From: an uncultured Acidobacteriota bacterium
GTDB taxonomy: Bacteria > Acidobacteriota > Terriglobia > UBA7540
NCBI GenBank assembly: GCA_963804995.1
Contig: CAWDSK010000003.1
Span: 288,001-352,000, forward strand
Direction: 5' to 3'
Length of the DNA stretch: 64,000 nucleotides
Numbering within the stretch: the stretch's first letter is position 1; the number at the start of each line of letters is the position of its first letter. Under the pieces are notes generated by a model that did not search any database, had not been told where the DNA came from, and saw only the letters and a list, made by a program, of their open reading frames with translations. The translations under genes were made by a program, and so were the position numbers. Shown here one piece after another: positions 19,796 through 29,804 of the stretch.

Positions 19796-22051
19796 ATGAA
19801 AGCTTCGAATTCACTTTGGAAGGAACGCCTCGCCGGCAAGATGCCGGAGGCCCTCGCCCACGAGGTTGACAACTTCGAGTCGGACATTGGTCTGAGGAAG
19901 CAAGGCAAACTCAACGAGCGCCTTTTTGCTGAAACGCGTTTGCGCAGAGGGGCCTACGGGCAGCGCTACGACAACGGTCAGCGGCACGATGGCAAGAAGG
20001 TCCAGGAGTTCGCCTACCCCACCGGCGGTTTAACCAAAGGCCCCCATACCCTGTGGGACGCCCCGGGGATGCAGCGCATTAAGATTCCAGGCGGCGGCCT
20101 GAATGCCTCGCAGCTTGAAACCTTGGCGGACTTGGCCGAGGAGTACTCGGACGGAATCGCGCACATCACCACCCGCCAGGACGTGCAGCTTCACTACGTT
20201 CACATCGACGACACTCCCTCCTTGATGCGCCGCCTGGCCGCGGCCACCATCACGACGCGCGAGGCCTGCGGGAACTCGGTGCGCAACGTTACCGCGTGCC
20301 CCTATGCAGGCGTTTGCCCGGATGAAGTCTTCGACGTCACCCCCTACTCCCTTGCGCTTTCTAGGTTCCTGCTGGGCCATCCGGATTGCCAGAGCTTTGG
20401 CCGGAAATTCAAGCCCTCCTTCAGCGGGTGCGCGCAGCACGCATGCGGCCTCGCCAACATGCACGACATGGGATTGGTAGCCGTCACGCGCACTGAGAAC
20501 GGCAAGCAGGTGCGGGGCTTTGCTCTGTACGTGGGCGGCGGCCTGGGCACGGTTCCTTACCAGGCAAAACTGTTCGACGCATTTCTGCCGCCGGAAGAAC
20601 TGCTACCCATCGGGCAAGCCATCGCCAGGGTCTTTGCAAGGCTGGGCGAGAAGAAGAATCGCAATCGGGCCCGGATTAAGTTCTTAATCCACGATTTGGG
20701 TATCGAGAAATTCAAGGAGCTGGTTTGGGAGGAGCGCAAGACGCTGCCTCCCGATCCGCGCTGGACGGAATTCCTCGAAACCCTGGAAACCTTCAAGGAA
20801 GAGCCGTTGCGCCCGCCCGGAGAGGCACACCCGCCGGGGTCAGAGGACTTCGAGCGCTGGCGCGCTTCGAACGTGCGGCCACAAAAACAGGATGGCTACT
20901 CAACCGTCACGGTGACCCTCCCCCTGGGGGACATCACCGCCAATCAACTCCGCTCGCTCGCCGATATCGTGCGCCGCTTTACGCGCGAGACGGTGCGGAC
21001 AACCGTGGAACAGAATTTCGTCATTCGCTGGGTCAGCAACGCCGATTTGCAGGACATCCACGAAGCCTTGACCGCCGCGGGCTTGGGACAGCCGGGCGCC
21101 GGAACCATCGTGGATATCGTATCCTGCCCCGGAACGGACACGTGCAAGCTGGGAATCTCCTCGTCACGTGGCCTTGCCTCGGAACTGCGGAAGCGGCTCG
21201 CCCAGAAAAGCTTTGAGCTGGACGAGGCGGTCAACAATCTGCACATCAAAGTCAGCGGCTGCTTCAACAGTTGCGGCCAGCACCACGTAGCGGACCTGGG
21301 TTTCTACGGTGTCAGCCGCAAAATGGCGGGTTACGCGGTGCCGCACTTCCAGGTAGTCCTGGGAGGAGAATGGGATAACAACGCCGGCTCGTACGGGCTG
21401 CCCATTGTGGCGATCCCGTCCAAGAACATACCGGAAGTTGTGGCCCGCTTGACCGATCGCTATGTAGCGATGCGGAAGAATGGCGAAAGCTTCAAGGATT
21501 TTGCCAAGCGAATCGGGAAAGCGGAAATCAAGAATCTGCTGGAGGATCTTACCCGGATACCCACCGAGGAAACCGAGCGTTCGTTCTTCAGCGACTGGGG
21601 CGATCCACGTGAATACAGCTTGGGTGATTTGGGGGTCGGTGAATGCGCCGGCGAAGTTGTGTCCGCTATCGAATTCGACCTGGCGGCTGCAGAAAGAGAA
21701 GTCTTTGAAGCGCAGTTGGACTTGGAAAAAGGCCATTTTGAGCCGGCAGCCAGGACTGCCTACCTGGCTATGCTTCATGCGGCCAAAGCGTTGGTCAAGC
21801 TGGAACTCCGAGACATCTCAGATGATCCAGACCAGATCGTTCAGGAATTCACTGCCCGATTCTATGACACGCAGAAATTCTTCGATTCCTTCGCAGGAGG
21901 AAAATTCGCGCAATACTTGTTCGCAGCCCATCAAGCGTCAGGCAAGCCCGTGAGTCCGGACTCAGCACGCTACCTGATCGACGAGGCACAACTGTTTATT
22001 GACGCCTCACACGCCTGCTATAACCGCTTGGGAGCCGCCGTAGTTGCGTAG
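19796..22051 (+). CDS. siroheme/[4Fe-4S] sulfite (or nitrite) reductase with C-terminal HEPN-like helical domain
   Basis: RLRRGAYGQR, MQRIKIPGG, HITTRQDVQ, CGNSVRNVTACP, CPGTDTCKLG, SGCFNSCGQH, DWG..Y...G.GECAG. Confidence 0.92.
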   Translation: MKASNSLWKERLAGKMPEALAHEVDNFESDIGLRKQGKLNERLFAETRLRRGAYGQRYDNGQRHDGKKVQEFAYPTGGLTKGPHTLWDAPGMQRIKIPGGGLNASQLETLADLAEEYSDGIAHITTRQDVQLHYVHIDDTPSLMRRLAAATITTREACGNSVRNVTACPYAGVCPDEVFDVTPYSLALSRFLLGHPDCQSFGRKFKPSFSGCAQHACGLANMHDMGLVAVTRTENGKQVRGFALYVGGGLGTVPYQAKLFDAFLPPEELLPIGQAIARVFARLGEKKNRNRARIKFLIHDLGIEKFKELVWEERKTLPPDPRWTEFLETLETFKEEPLRPPGEAHPPGSEDFERWRASNVRPQKQDGYSTVTVTLPLGDITANQLRSLADIVRRFTRETVRTTVEQNFVIRWVSNADLQDIHEALTAAGLGQPGAGTIVDIVSCPGTDTCKLGISSSRGLASELRKRLAQKSFELDEAVNNLHIKVSGCFNSCGQHHVADLGFYGVSRKMAGYAVPHFQVVLGGEWDNNAGSYGLPIVAIPSKNIPEVVARLTDRYVAMRKNGESFKDFAKRIGKAEIKNLLEDLTRIPTEETERSFFSDWGDPREYSLGDLGVGECAGEVVSAIEFDLAAAEREVFEAQLDLEKGHFEPAARTAYLAMLHAAKALVKLELRDISDDPDQIVQEFTARFYDTQKFFDSFAGGKFAQYLFAAHQASGKPVSPDSARYLIDEAQLFIDASHACYNRLGAAVVA

Positions 22052-22150
22052 AGGAAGAGATTCGGGTCACAGATCGAGCCCTGGAAGCCCAAATGGGATC
22101 GAGTTTCGAATTTCGAGTTTCGATTTTCGTCTTTTAGAGGATTGCATCGC

Positions 22151-22753
22151 ATGGAACTTCAGCACGTCAACGTTAAACTCCTAATGAAGAATCTGGAGGA
22201 ACATGACCTCAACCCCTTGATTCCGGTCTTTCATAGCTGGATCCAGGATCAGGGCCGCGGCGAGCTTCTGATTGATGTTGCCGATTACCGGCATGTCCCG
22301 GCGGGGCCGGGTGTGGTGTTAATCGGACACGAAGCCAATTACAGCCTCGATAACACCGGCGGGCGCTGGGGGGTTCGATACAATCGCAAGGCTGTGCTGG
22401 AAGGAACTAACCAGGATCGGCTGACGCAAGCCGCACAGGCGGCCCTTGCTGCTTGCCAGCGCCTCGAAACGGACCCGCGCCTGAATGGGAAGATTCGGTT
22501 TGAGGGCCGGGAGATCGAGGTGTTCATAAACGACCGCCTACTGGCCCCGAATACGGAAGAAACCCGCGCCGCGGCTGAGCCTGAGTTCCGTCCCTTTTTC
22601 TCGCGCTTATTTGGAAGCGTTGAATTTGATCTTGTTTACCCCCAAGACCCCCGCAGCTTATTCTCAGTTAGGGCAACGGCGTCCCAACCCGTTAGCACAC
22701 TGACTTTGCTAAACAACTTGTATTCGCTCGCCTCCGTGGCCGATCGAAATTAA
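22151..22753 (+). CDS. conserved hypothetical protein
   Basis: IPVFHSWIQ, LIDVADYRHV..GPGVVLIGHE, NDRLLAPN; directly downstream of the reductase. Confidence 0.75.
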   Translation: MELQHVNVKLLMKNLEEHDLNPLIPVFHSWIQDQGRGELLIDVADYRHVPAGPGVVLIGHEANYSLDNTGGRWGVRYNRKAVLEGTNQDRLTQAAQAALAACQRLETDPRLNGKIRFEGREIEVFINDRLLAPNTEETRAAAEPEFRPFFSRLFGSVEFDLVYPQDPRSLFSVRATASQPVSTLTLLNNLYSLASVADRN

Positions 22754-22856
22754 ATTGAACTATTCACCGCTCGCCTCCCACATCCGGATTGGGTCCGGCC
22801 CCCCACCGCAGGGATGCTATACTTTATAAGTTTACGGCCACTTTTTCGGAGCCCTT

Positions 22857-23687
22857 ATGCACGATATCTGTGTGTGGACCGCCCTGGCGTTATACGGCCT
22901 GGGAATTTTGCTGATCATTCCATCCGTCAAGCGACGCCGCCCCTCGCTCTCCCCCGCGTCATTAGGAGCGCTAGGGCTGGGTCTAGTTGCCCACGCCGCG
23001 GCCTTAGCAACTGTAGTCGCACGCATTCATCGTCTGCCGGTCACCGACGTGCGCAGCGCTTTGTCGTTTTACGCATTCATGGTGACTCTTGCCTTCTTCT
23101 TCGTCTACTTGCGCTACCGGATTGTTTCGCTCGGACTCTTCATGCTGCCGCTGGTTTTCCTGCTGACGCTCACCTCCGCACTGCGCCCCGAAGGGTCCTT
23201 TGATTCATCGGCGTTTCGTGGTGGCTGGCTGCTGGTGCATATCTGTTCGATATTTCTTGGCTACACGGCATTCTTTCTAACCTTTGTCGCGTCCGTCATG
23301 TACCTGATTCAGGAGCGAGAGCTGAAATCACGGCAGCCGCGTGGATTTTATTACCGGCTGCCCTCGCTCGAAGTCTGCGACGAGATCTATTACCGCTCGC
23401 TGGTGTTGGGACTTCCCTTCTTGAGTTTGGGAATTCTAACGGGCTTTGTGTGGGCCAGCCGGACGTGGAAAGGCCCCTGGGAACTTGACCCGAAAATTCT
23501 CGCCTCAATGGTGACTTGGCTCATCTACCTTGTGCTCTTTTCCACAAGAGTCAGCGGCGTCTGGCGAGGGCGGCGCGCTGCGTACCTTGCTATTTTCGGA
23601 TTCGCCGCCATCCTGGTGACCTTCATGGGAATCAGCGTGCTAAGCGGACAGCACGGGTATATCCCCAAGCTGGGGTCTGGGGGCTAG
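22857..23687 (+). CDS. ccsA: cytochrome c assembly protein (CcsA/HemX-like)
   Basis: About 8 TM segments, W..VH, LIQERELK, LPSLE, WELDPK (WWD-like). Confidence 0.85.
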   Translation: MHDICVWTALALYGLGILLIIPSVKRRRPSLSPASLGALGLGLVAHAAALATVVARIHRLPVTDVRSALSFYAFMVTLAFFFVYLRYRIVSLGLFMLPLVFLLTLTSALRPEGSFDSSAFRGGWLLVHICSIFLGYTAFFLTFVASVMYLIQERELKSRQPRGFYYRLPSLEVCDEIYYRSLVLGLPFLSLGILTGFVWASRTWKGPWELDPKILASMVTWLIYLVLFSTRVSGVWRGRRAAYLAIFGFAAILVTFMGISVLSGQHGYIPKLGSGG

Positions 23688-23707
23688 GGGCTGGGCACTG
23701 GGAAATT

Positions 23708-24973
23708 ATGAACTTGACGCTGTTGGGCATCAATCATCGCACGGCGCCGGTGGAGATCCGGGAGAGGATGAACATCCCGGAAGCACGCCTGGCTGAAGCC
23801 GTCTCTGATTTGGTGCACCGAACGGGCATTCGCGAAGGGATGATTCTTTCCACCTGCAACCGCGTGGAGGTGATGACCTCCGCGGAAGACGACGTGGATG
23901 CAGAGACGATTATCCGCGGCTTCCTGGCCGATCATCACCACTGTGACCTGACGCACTTCGCCCACTTCTTCTATCGCCTGCGCCAGCAGGACGTGGTGCG
24001 CCACCTCTTTCGCGTGGCCTCCAGTTTGGATTCTATGATCCTCGGCGAGCCACAAATCCTGGGACAGATGAAGCAGGCGTACTCTGTGGCGCGCGCCGTA
24101 GGTGGACTGCACGGCGCCTTGAACGAGGTGGTCGACCAGGCGCTGGCGGTGGCGCGGCGGGTGCGTCGCGAAACGGCTTTGGGGTCCGCGGCAGTATCGG
24201 TCTCCTACGCGGCAGTGGAACTGGCCAAAAAAATCTTCGGCAGCCTTGCGGGCAAAACCATCTTCGTGGTGGGGGCGGGCAAGATGAGTGAGCTCGCCGC
24301 CAAACACCTGCTGCGCAGCGGCGCCAGCAGCATTCTGGTCAGCAATCGCACCTACGACCGGGCTGTGGAACTGGCCGCCGCTTTTCACGGGACAGCGGTG
24401 CCGTTTGAAGAACTCTTCGACCATCTCGGCCAAGCGGACATCGTCATCAGCTCAACTGGCGCGCCCAATACAATCATCAGCAAGGCGCAAGTTGAAAAGA
24501 TCCTATCCGCGCGCCGCAATCGACCGGTGTTTTTCGTGGACATCGCCGTACCACGTGACATCGATCCCGCCGTCAATGAACTGGATAATGCTTTTGTTTA
24601 TGATATCGATGACCTGGGCCACGTTGTCGAAGCCAATAAGAAACAGCGCGAGCAAGAGGCGGTGTGGGCCGAGGACATTGTCCAAACCGAAGTGCAGAAG
24701 ACTATGAAACGCCTGGCGTCACGCGATGTGGTGCCCACCATCGTGGCCCTGGAAGGACGCCTGAACCGCATTCGCGAAAGCGAAATGGACCGCTACCAGG
24801 GCCGCCTGGGGAACCTTTCGCCCGAGCAGCGCCAGGCCGTCGAGGCGCTGACCCGCGGCATCCTGAACAAAATTCTGCACGGGCCCATCACCGAGCTCAA
24901 GAGCGGCGTGGGTGAACCGGAGCACGTGGCGCTGGTGCGGTTGATTCATAAAATTTTCGGGTTGGAGGAATAA
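23708..24973 (+). CDS. hemA: glutamyl-tRNA reductase
   Basis: GINHRTAPVEIRE, LSTCNRVE, LDSMILGEPQILGQ, VGAGKM, DIAVPRDID. Confidence 0.97.
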   Translation: MNLTLLGINHRTAPVEIRERMNIPEARLAEAVSDLVHRTGIREGMILSTCNRVEVMTSAEDDVDAETIIRGFLADHHHCDLTHFAHFFYRLRQQDVVRHLFRVASSLDSMILGEPQILGQMKQAYSVARAVGGLHGALNEVVDQALAVARRVRRETALGSAAVSVSYAAVELAKKIFGSLAGKTIFVVGAGKMSELAAKHLLRSGASSILVSNRTYDRAVELAAAFHGTAVPFEELFDHLGQADIVISSTGAPNTIISKAQVEKILSARRNRPVFFVDIAVPRDIDPAVNELDNAFVYDIDDLGHVVEANKKQREQEAVWAEDIVQTEVQKTMKRLASRDVVPTIVALEGRLNRIRESEMDRYQGRLGNLSPEQRQAVEALTRGILNKILHGPITELKSGVGEPEHVALVRLIHKIFGLEE

Positions 24974-25069
24974 GCTCGCGGATGAGCTACGCCGAATGCT
25001 CAATTCGCTGCGGCGCAGACTCGGCTGATTGCTCGTCACTTGTCACTCGTCACTGGTCACTGTTTTGTT

Positions 25070-26020
25070 ATGAAACTTACCATCGGCTCACGCGGCTCTA
25101 AACTCGCGCTTTGGCAGGCCCAATGGGTCCGCGACCAGCTTACGGCCAAGGGCTTCGAGGTGGAGGTCCGCATCATCAAGACCACAGGCGACAAACTTCA
25201 AGCTTTCGCCCCCAACGAGTCCTTGCCGGCGTCGATCGCCGAGACGGTGGCGCAGGTTGGAAGCAAAGGTATGTTCATCAAGGAAATCGAAGAAGCACTG
25301 CTGGCTGGAGAAATTGATGTGGCCGTGCACAGCCTGAAAGATCTCCCCACCGAGCCGCCCGCCGGTCTCGTGCTCGGCGCGGTACCACAGCGTGAGGACG
25401 CTCGCGATGTCTTCATCTCGCGGAACGACCAGACCCTTGCGGCTCTCGCACCGGGCGCGCGGGTCGGAACCAGCAGCTTGCGCCGCCAGACTCAATTGTG
25501 TTCCTTGCGGCCCGACCTCACTTTCGAAGCGATGCGAGGCAATCTCGATACTCGCCTGCGGAAACTCGAACGTGGCGATGCGCAGGCACTGGTACTGGCC
25601 GCGGCGGGCGTGCACCGACTGGGCCTGGCCGGGCACATCACGGCGTACTTCTCCTTTGAGCAGATGTGTCCGGCCGTGGGCCAGGGCGCACTGGGCATAG
25701 AGATTCGAGCTGATGACCCGAAGGCGCGCGAAGCCGTCGAGCCGCTTGATCATGTATCGACACATCAGGCCGTGCGCGCGGAGCGTGCTGTGCTGCGCCG
25801 CCTGGGCGGCGGTTGTCAGGTGCCCATTGCCGCGCACGCGGTTTCAGAAGATAGCCAACTGCACTTGCGCGGGTTGGTTGCTAACCTGGACGGAACGCGA
25901 GTCATACGCGCGCAGGCCGTTGGCGCCGCCTCCGATCCCGAGGCGCTGGGCACGGCGGCGGCCGAAGACCTGCTGCAACAGGGCGCTCGGGATATTCTCA
26001 ACTCGATTGGCCAGGCGTAA
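25070..26020 (+). CDS. hemC: hydroxymethylbilane synthase
   Basis: IGSRGSKLALWQ, KGMFIKEIE, AVHSLKDLP, GTSSLRR, RGNLDTRL, GGCQVPI. Confidence 0.97.
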   Translation: MKLTIGSRGSKLALWQAQWVRDQLTAKGFEVEVRIIKTTGDKLQAFAPNESLPASIAETVAQVGSKGMFIKEIEEALLAGEIDVAVHSLKDLPTEPPAGLVLGAVPQREDARDVFISRNDQTLAALAPGARVGTSSLRRQTQLCSLRPDLTFEAMRGNLDTRLRKLERGDAQALVLAAAGVHRLGLAGHITAYFSFEQMCPAVGQGALGIEIRADDPKAREAVEPLDHVSTHQAVRAERAVLRRLGGGCQVPIAAHAVSEDSQLHLRGLVANLDGTRVIRAQAVGAASDPEALGTAAAEDLLQQGARDILNSIGQA

Positions 26021-26050
26021 GACCTTGCTCCTATCGTGATGGGTGTAGAT

Positions 26051-26863
26051 ATGGGGTCGCACAATCACGTGCATTCGCCCGAGCACCTGCCACTTTCCGG
26101 CAGGCGCATTGCCATCACCCGCGCCCGCGACCAGGCCAGCGTGCTGCGCGAAGAGCTTGCGGCAATGGGCGCGGAAGTAATTGAAATTCCGACGATTGAA
26201 ATTCGACCGCCTGATTCATGGGAGCCGCTCAACGCCGCGATTAGCAAGCTTGATAAATTTGATTACCTGCTGGTGACCTCCGCGAATGGGGTGCGAAACT
26301 TCCTGGCGCGCCTTGCAGCGTGCGGGCGAGACGTGGGGGATCTGAGGGGCCTGACCATCGGCGCCATCGGCCCTGCTACGGCGGCGGAATTCTCACGTGC
26401 AGGCGTGAAAGTGGATTTGCTGCCGCGCGAGTACGTGGCTGAGGGGTTGCTCGCGGCGCTCGGCGACCGCGACTTGCGTGGTAAAGCATTCCTCATTCCA
26501 CGCGCGCGGGTGGCGCGAGACGTGGTGCCGCGCGTGCTCGAGGAGCGGGGCGCCCGGGTGGAAGTCGTGGAAGCCTACCAGACGGTCGCCCCTGAAATCT
26601 CCCCGCAGGAACTCACGCTCCTGCTCACGCCGCCACCGGACGCCATCACCTTCACCAGTTCGTCTACTGCGATAAACTTTGCGAAGCTCGTGGGCGAAGG
26701 CCGGCTCGTGGAAACGCTGCGCGGAACAGCTATCGCCTCCATCGGCCCGGTCACCTCCGGAACCCTCGGCAAGCTTGGCCTCACGGTAAACCTCGAAGCG
26801 CAAGAATCCACAATGGCGGGACTAGTAGAGGCAATTCAAGGATACTTTTCCAAAAACTGTTAG
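26051..26863 (+). CDS. hemD: uroporphyrinogen-III synthase
   Basis: IAITRARDQA, TSANGV, IGPATA, FTSSSTA, ASIGPVT; start uncertain (26036-26051). Confidence 0.92.
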   Translation: MGSHNHVHSPEHLPLSGRRIAITRARDQASVLREELAAMGAEVIEIPTIEIRPPDSWEPLNAAISKLDKFDYLLVTSANGVRNFLARLAACGRDVGDLRGLTIGAIGPATAAEFSRAGVKVDLLPREYVAEGLLAALGDRDLRGKAFLIPRARVARDVVPRVLEERGARVEVVEAYQTVAPEISPQELTLLLTPPPDAITFTSSSTAINFAKLVGEGRLVETLRGTAIASIGPVTSGTLGKLGLTVNLEAQESTMAGLVEAIQGYFSKNC

Positions 26864-26994
26864 AGAGAAGAGGTTGTCAGTTGCAAGTTGTTTGAAGTAA
26901 ATCAACTCACAGCGCTGCCAACCGCCCCATCAATCGATCACTCCAGGTTTCGACTTTCGAATCCAGTTATTGGACTTACCCGCTCGGACACATC

Positions 26995-27768
26995 TTACAG
27001 GTTCAACAACTCGCGCAGCTTGCGGGTTTGGGCGCGGCTGACGGGGATTTCCGTCTGCTTGCGGTCTTCCATCTTAAGTTGGTAGGAGCTCTTGAACCAC
27101 GGCACAACTTCTTTGATGCGGTTCACGTTAACCAGGTAGGAACGGTGAACGCGCCAGAAGGTTTTGTCGTCGAGGTTCGCCTGGAGTTCCTCGACGGTCC
27201 GGAAGTTAGATTCGCCTTCCAATTCGCGCGTGACAATGCTGATGACACCGTCTTGGATGCTGGCGTAAATGATGTCGCCGGAATCAACCAGAAAGAGCCG
27301 GTTGCCGCTCTTAATAACCACTTTGCCTTTGCGGTCGGCGGGACGCTCCTCCATCATTTGCACCAAGCGGTCAAGCTTCTGGCTGGCGGGGTCCGAGGTG
27401 TCAACCAGGCGGCGCACGCGCAGTAGGGCCTTTTCCAAGCGCGCCTTGGCGATAGGTTTCAAGAGGTAGTCGATGGCGTTCACCTCAAAGGCCTGCACGG
27501 CATAGTTATCGTAGGCCGTCGCGAAAATGAAGAAGGGCAGGCGCAGCTTCTTCTCCAGCAGGCGCTTGATGACGCCGAAGCCGTCCATGCCGGGCATTTG
27601 CACGTCTAAGAAGACCACGTGCGGGTTCAGGTCGCGGACCAGATTCACGGCCTCAACGCCGTTTTTGCCTTGGCCAACGACTTCCAGCTCGGGAATGCCT
27701 TTGAGCAGGAATGCCAACTCGTCACGGGCCGGCTGTTCATCGTCAACGATAAGTGCCCTGATTTTCAT
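26995..27768 (-). CDS. LytTR-family response regulator
   Basis: REC domain (IVDDE, FLDVQMPG, DYLLKP) plus LytTR domain (FWRVHRSYLVN, IPVSR). Confidence 0.95.
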   Translation of the reverse strand: MKIRALIVDDEQPARDELAFLLKGIPELEVVGQGKNGVEAVNLVRDLNPHVVFLDVQMPGMDGFGVIKRLLEKKLRLPFFIFATAYDNYAVQAFEVNAIDYLLKPIAKARLEKALLRVRRLVDTSDPASQKLDRLVQMMEERPADRKGKVVIKSGNRLFLVDSGDIIYASIQDGVISIVTRELEGESNFRTVEELQANLDDKTFWRVHRSYLVNVNRIKEVVPWFKSSYQLKMEDRKQTEIPVSRAQTRKLRELLNL

Positions 27769-28016
27769 GCCAGACAATTCTCCTTCCTCACCTATTGATT
27801 CCGTTACAACTTAGTCGCCACCAGTCCCTGTGCATCATTATACCTGACACCGGATTTCCCGAGAACGCCGAGTCGGGCGCGGCGGCCTCGCGACGACGAG
27901 AAATGCTGGGCGTCCTGTGCTAGCATGGGCGACAGTAATCGGCCTCGGGCTCCCAAGATCGGCTGCCGGTGGGCCGTGTCCCCAAAGGTGCACAGTCAGA
28001 ATTGTGAGGTGTAACC

Positions 28017-28457
28017 ATGAGAATCGCACGCGGGATCGCCCTCCTGATGGCTATTGGATTCGGGTCGATGGCCTGGCCACACCACGCTGCTGCCCAAGCC
28101 TGTAAAGACGAGGAATCCATGGTGGAGGAGTCCAAGAAGTCGCTCGTAGGATTGGTCACGACCGTAAAGCAGGAGAGCGTCCAGGATTTCGAAAAGGCCT
28201 ACCATCAGAAGAGCGCTGTGAACAAGCTAACCTTCTTCGGCATCGCCGTGGATAGTCTCGTCAAGTGTCTGGAAAAGGTGGAGCAGGATCCGTCTACACC
28301 GAAAGAGGTCATCGAGGCCAGCAAGACCAGGCACGAGGCCTCCGCAAAGCTGAAAGAAAAAGTCCAACAAGACCGTGACGCGTTGAAAGCGCTGAGTGCT
28401 CCCAAGGACGCGAAAGAGTACGTCGAGAAGCTCGAACGAAGCACATTAGGCGCGTAA
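28017..28457 (+). CDS. hypothetical secreted helical protein
   Basis: GAGGT RBS, signal peptide, two Cys residues. Confidence 0.7.
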   Translation: MRIARGIALLMAIGFGSMAWPHHAAAQACKDEESMVEESKKSLVGLVTTVKQESVQDFEKAYHQKSAVNKLTFFGIAVDSLVKCLEKVEQDPSTPKEVIEASKTRHEASAKLKEKVQQDRDALKALSAPKDAKEYVEKLERSTLGA

Positions 28458-28576
28458 GAGCTCTTCGAGGACTTGTGAAGCTCCCTCCGGCGCTCTTGCC
28501 GGGACGGCAGGCTTGAGGTGCTATACTGCCTGCGCCGATATCGTTGCGTCACTGTCACCATGCGAGGTTGATACTT

Positions 28577-29119
28577 ATGGCCGGGCGTGCCCGCGTCCTG
28601 AAGAGCAAAACCCTTTTCCGTGGAAGAGTGATTCAGTTAAAGGTCGAACGAGTAGTCGAGCCAGGTGGCATCCTTACCACGCGCGAAGTCGTCTGCCATG
28701 CCGGGTCCGTAGTGATCGTACCCCATCTTCCCGACGGCCGGATAATCCTGGTGCGTCAGTATCGGCATCCCGTACGGGAGAGTCTTTGGGAACTGGTCGC
28801 GGGTGGCATGGAGCGGGGAGAGACTCCGCTCCAAAGCGCCCGGCGTGAGTTGCAGGAAGAGACGGGATACCGCGCCCGGGTTTTCAAACCCCTGGTTGAG
28901 TTCTTCCCAAGCCCCGGGATCTTGAGTGAGAAAATGCATCTTTTCGAAGCCCATGGCCTGACGCCTTCCAAAGGCCACCCCGACGCAGACGAACACATCG
29001 AAACTGGACTCTTTACCATTACTGAGCTGATTAATATGGTTCGGGAAAACAAGATCCGGGACGCGAAAACACTGGTGGGAATTCTCTGGCTCTTTGGCCC
29101 CCCAAAAGATTCAGTCTAA
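28577..29119 (+). CDS. NUDIX hydrolase (ADP-ribose pyrophosphatase-like)
   Basis: LVRQYRHP, Nudix box GGMERGETPLQSARRELQEETG, IRDAKT. Confidence 0.92.
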   Translation: MAGRARVLKSKTLFRGRVIQLKVERVVEPGGILTTREVVCHAGSVVIVPHLPDGRIILVRQYRHPVRESLWELVAGGMERGETPLQSARRELQEETGYRARVFKPLVEFFPSPGILSEKMHLFEAHGLTPSKGHPDADEHIETGLFTITELINMVRENKIRDAKTLVGILWLFGPPKDSV

Positions 29120-29333
29120 TCAAGAAAAGGACTGAATGTTCATGATTGGAACATTTTCCTTGACAAATCGCAGGCAGAAACGTTATCAGTATTGGTGAGG
29201 GAGTTGGGAAAGTGTTCTCGCTGGGAAAGTGGTCATAGAGTAAAGCTGCCGGGGATCGAAATGATCTTCGGCTTTTTCTTTTTTGGCGCTTCCCGGGAGC
29301 CGCAACCCCAAAGCACAATCGAGGAGGGCGCAA

Positions 29334-29543
29334 GTGGCAAGACTTCAAGGAAAAGTTAAGTGGTTCAATAACAGCAAAGGGTACGGGTTTATCGGCCAGG
29401 ACGGCGGAGCTGATGTCTTCGTTCATTACTCGGCCATCCAAGGAGAAGGATTCAAGACCTTGCAAGAAGGCGACACCGTAGAGTTCGAGATCGTCCAGGG
29501 ACAGAAAGGACCTCAGGCCGACAAGGTCACAAAAGTAACGTAA
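29334..29543 (+). CDS. csp: cold-shock protein
   Basis: GTG start after [31 protein letters not shown]. Confidence 0.95.
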   Translation: MARLQGKVKWFNNSKGYGFIGQDGGADVFVHYSAIQGEGFKTLQEGDTVEFEIVQGQKGPQADKVTKVT

Positions 29544-29568
29544 ACCGGCATCTGCTTCAGCATTTCCT

Positions 29569-29600
29569 GGCCCAACCCTCAGGGTTGGGCCTCTTTGTTT
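29569..29600 (+). terminator. intrinsic terminator after csp
   Basis: GGCCCAACCC-TCA-GGGTTGGGCC followed by TCTTTGTTT. Confidence 0.8.
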
Positions 29601-29804
29601 CTGGGCAGAATGGGTATGGTTGCCACCTCGCGACGGAATAACCTTGATCTGTTAATTGTCCCCTTGCTTTTCTGTCAGCCAAGCGAGACAATACGTCGGT
29701 TAGGTTAAGCCTACAATCAGGGAGGGGGCAGCAGGGTGCCACCCTTCAATCGCAAGATGATGCAAGTGCAGTGCCAGCCCAGGGACTGCAGAGAGGAAGT
29801 TGTT

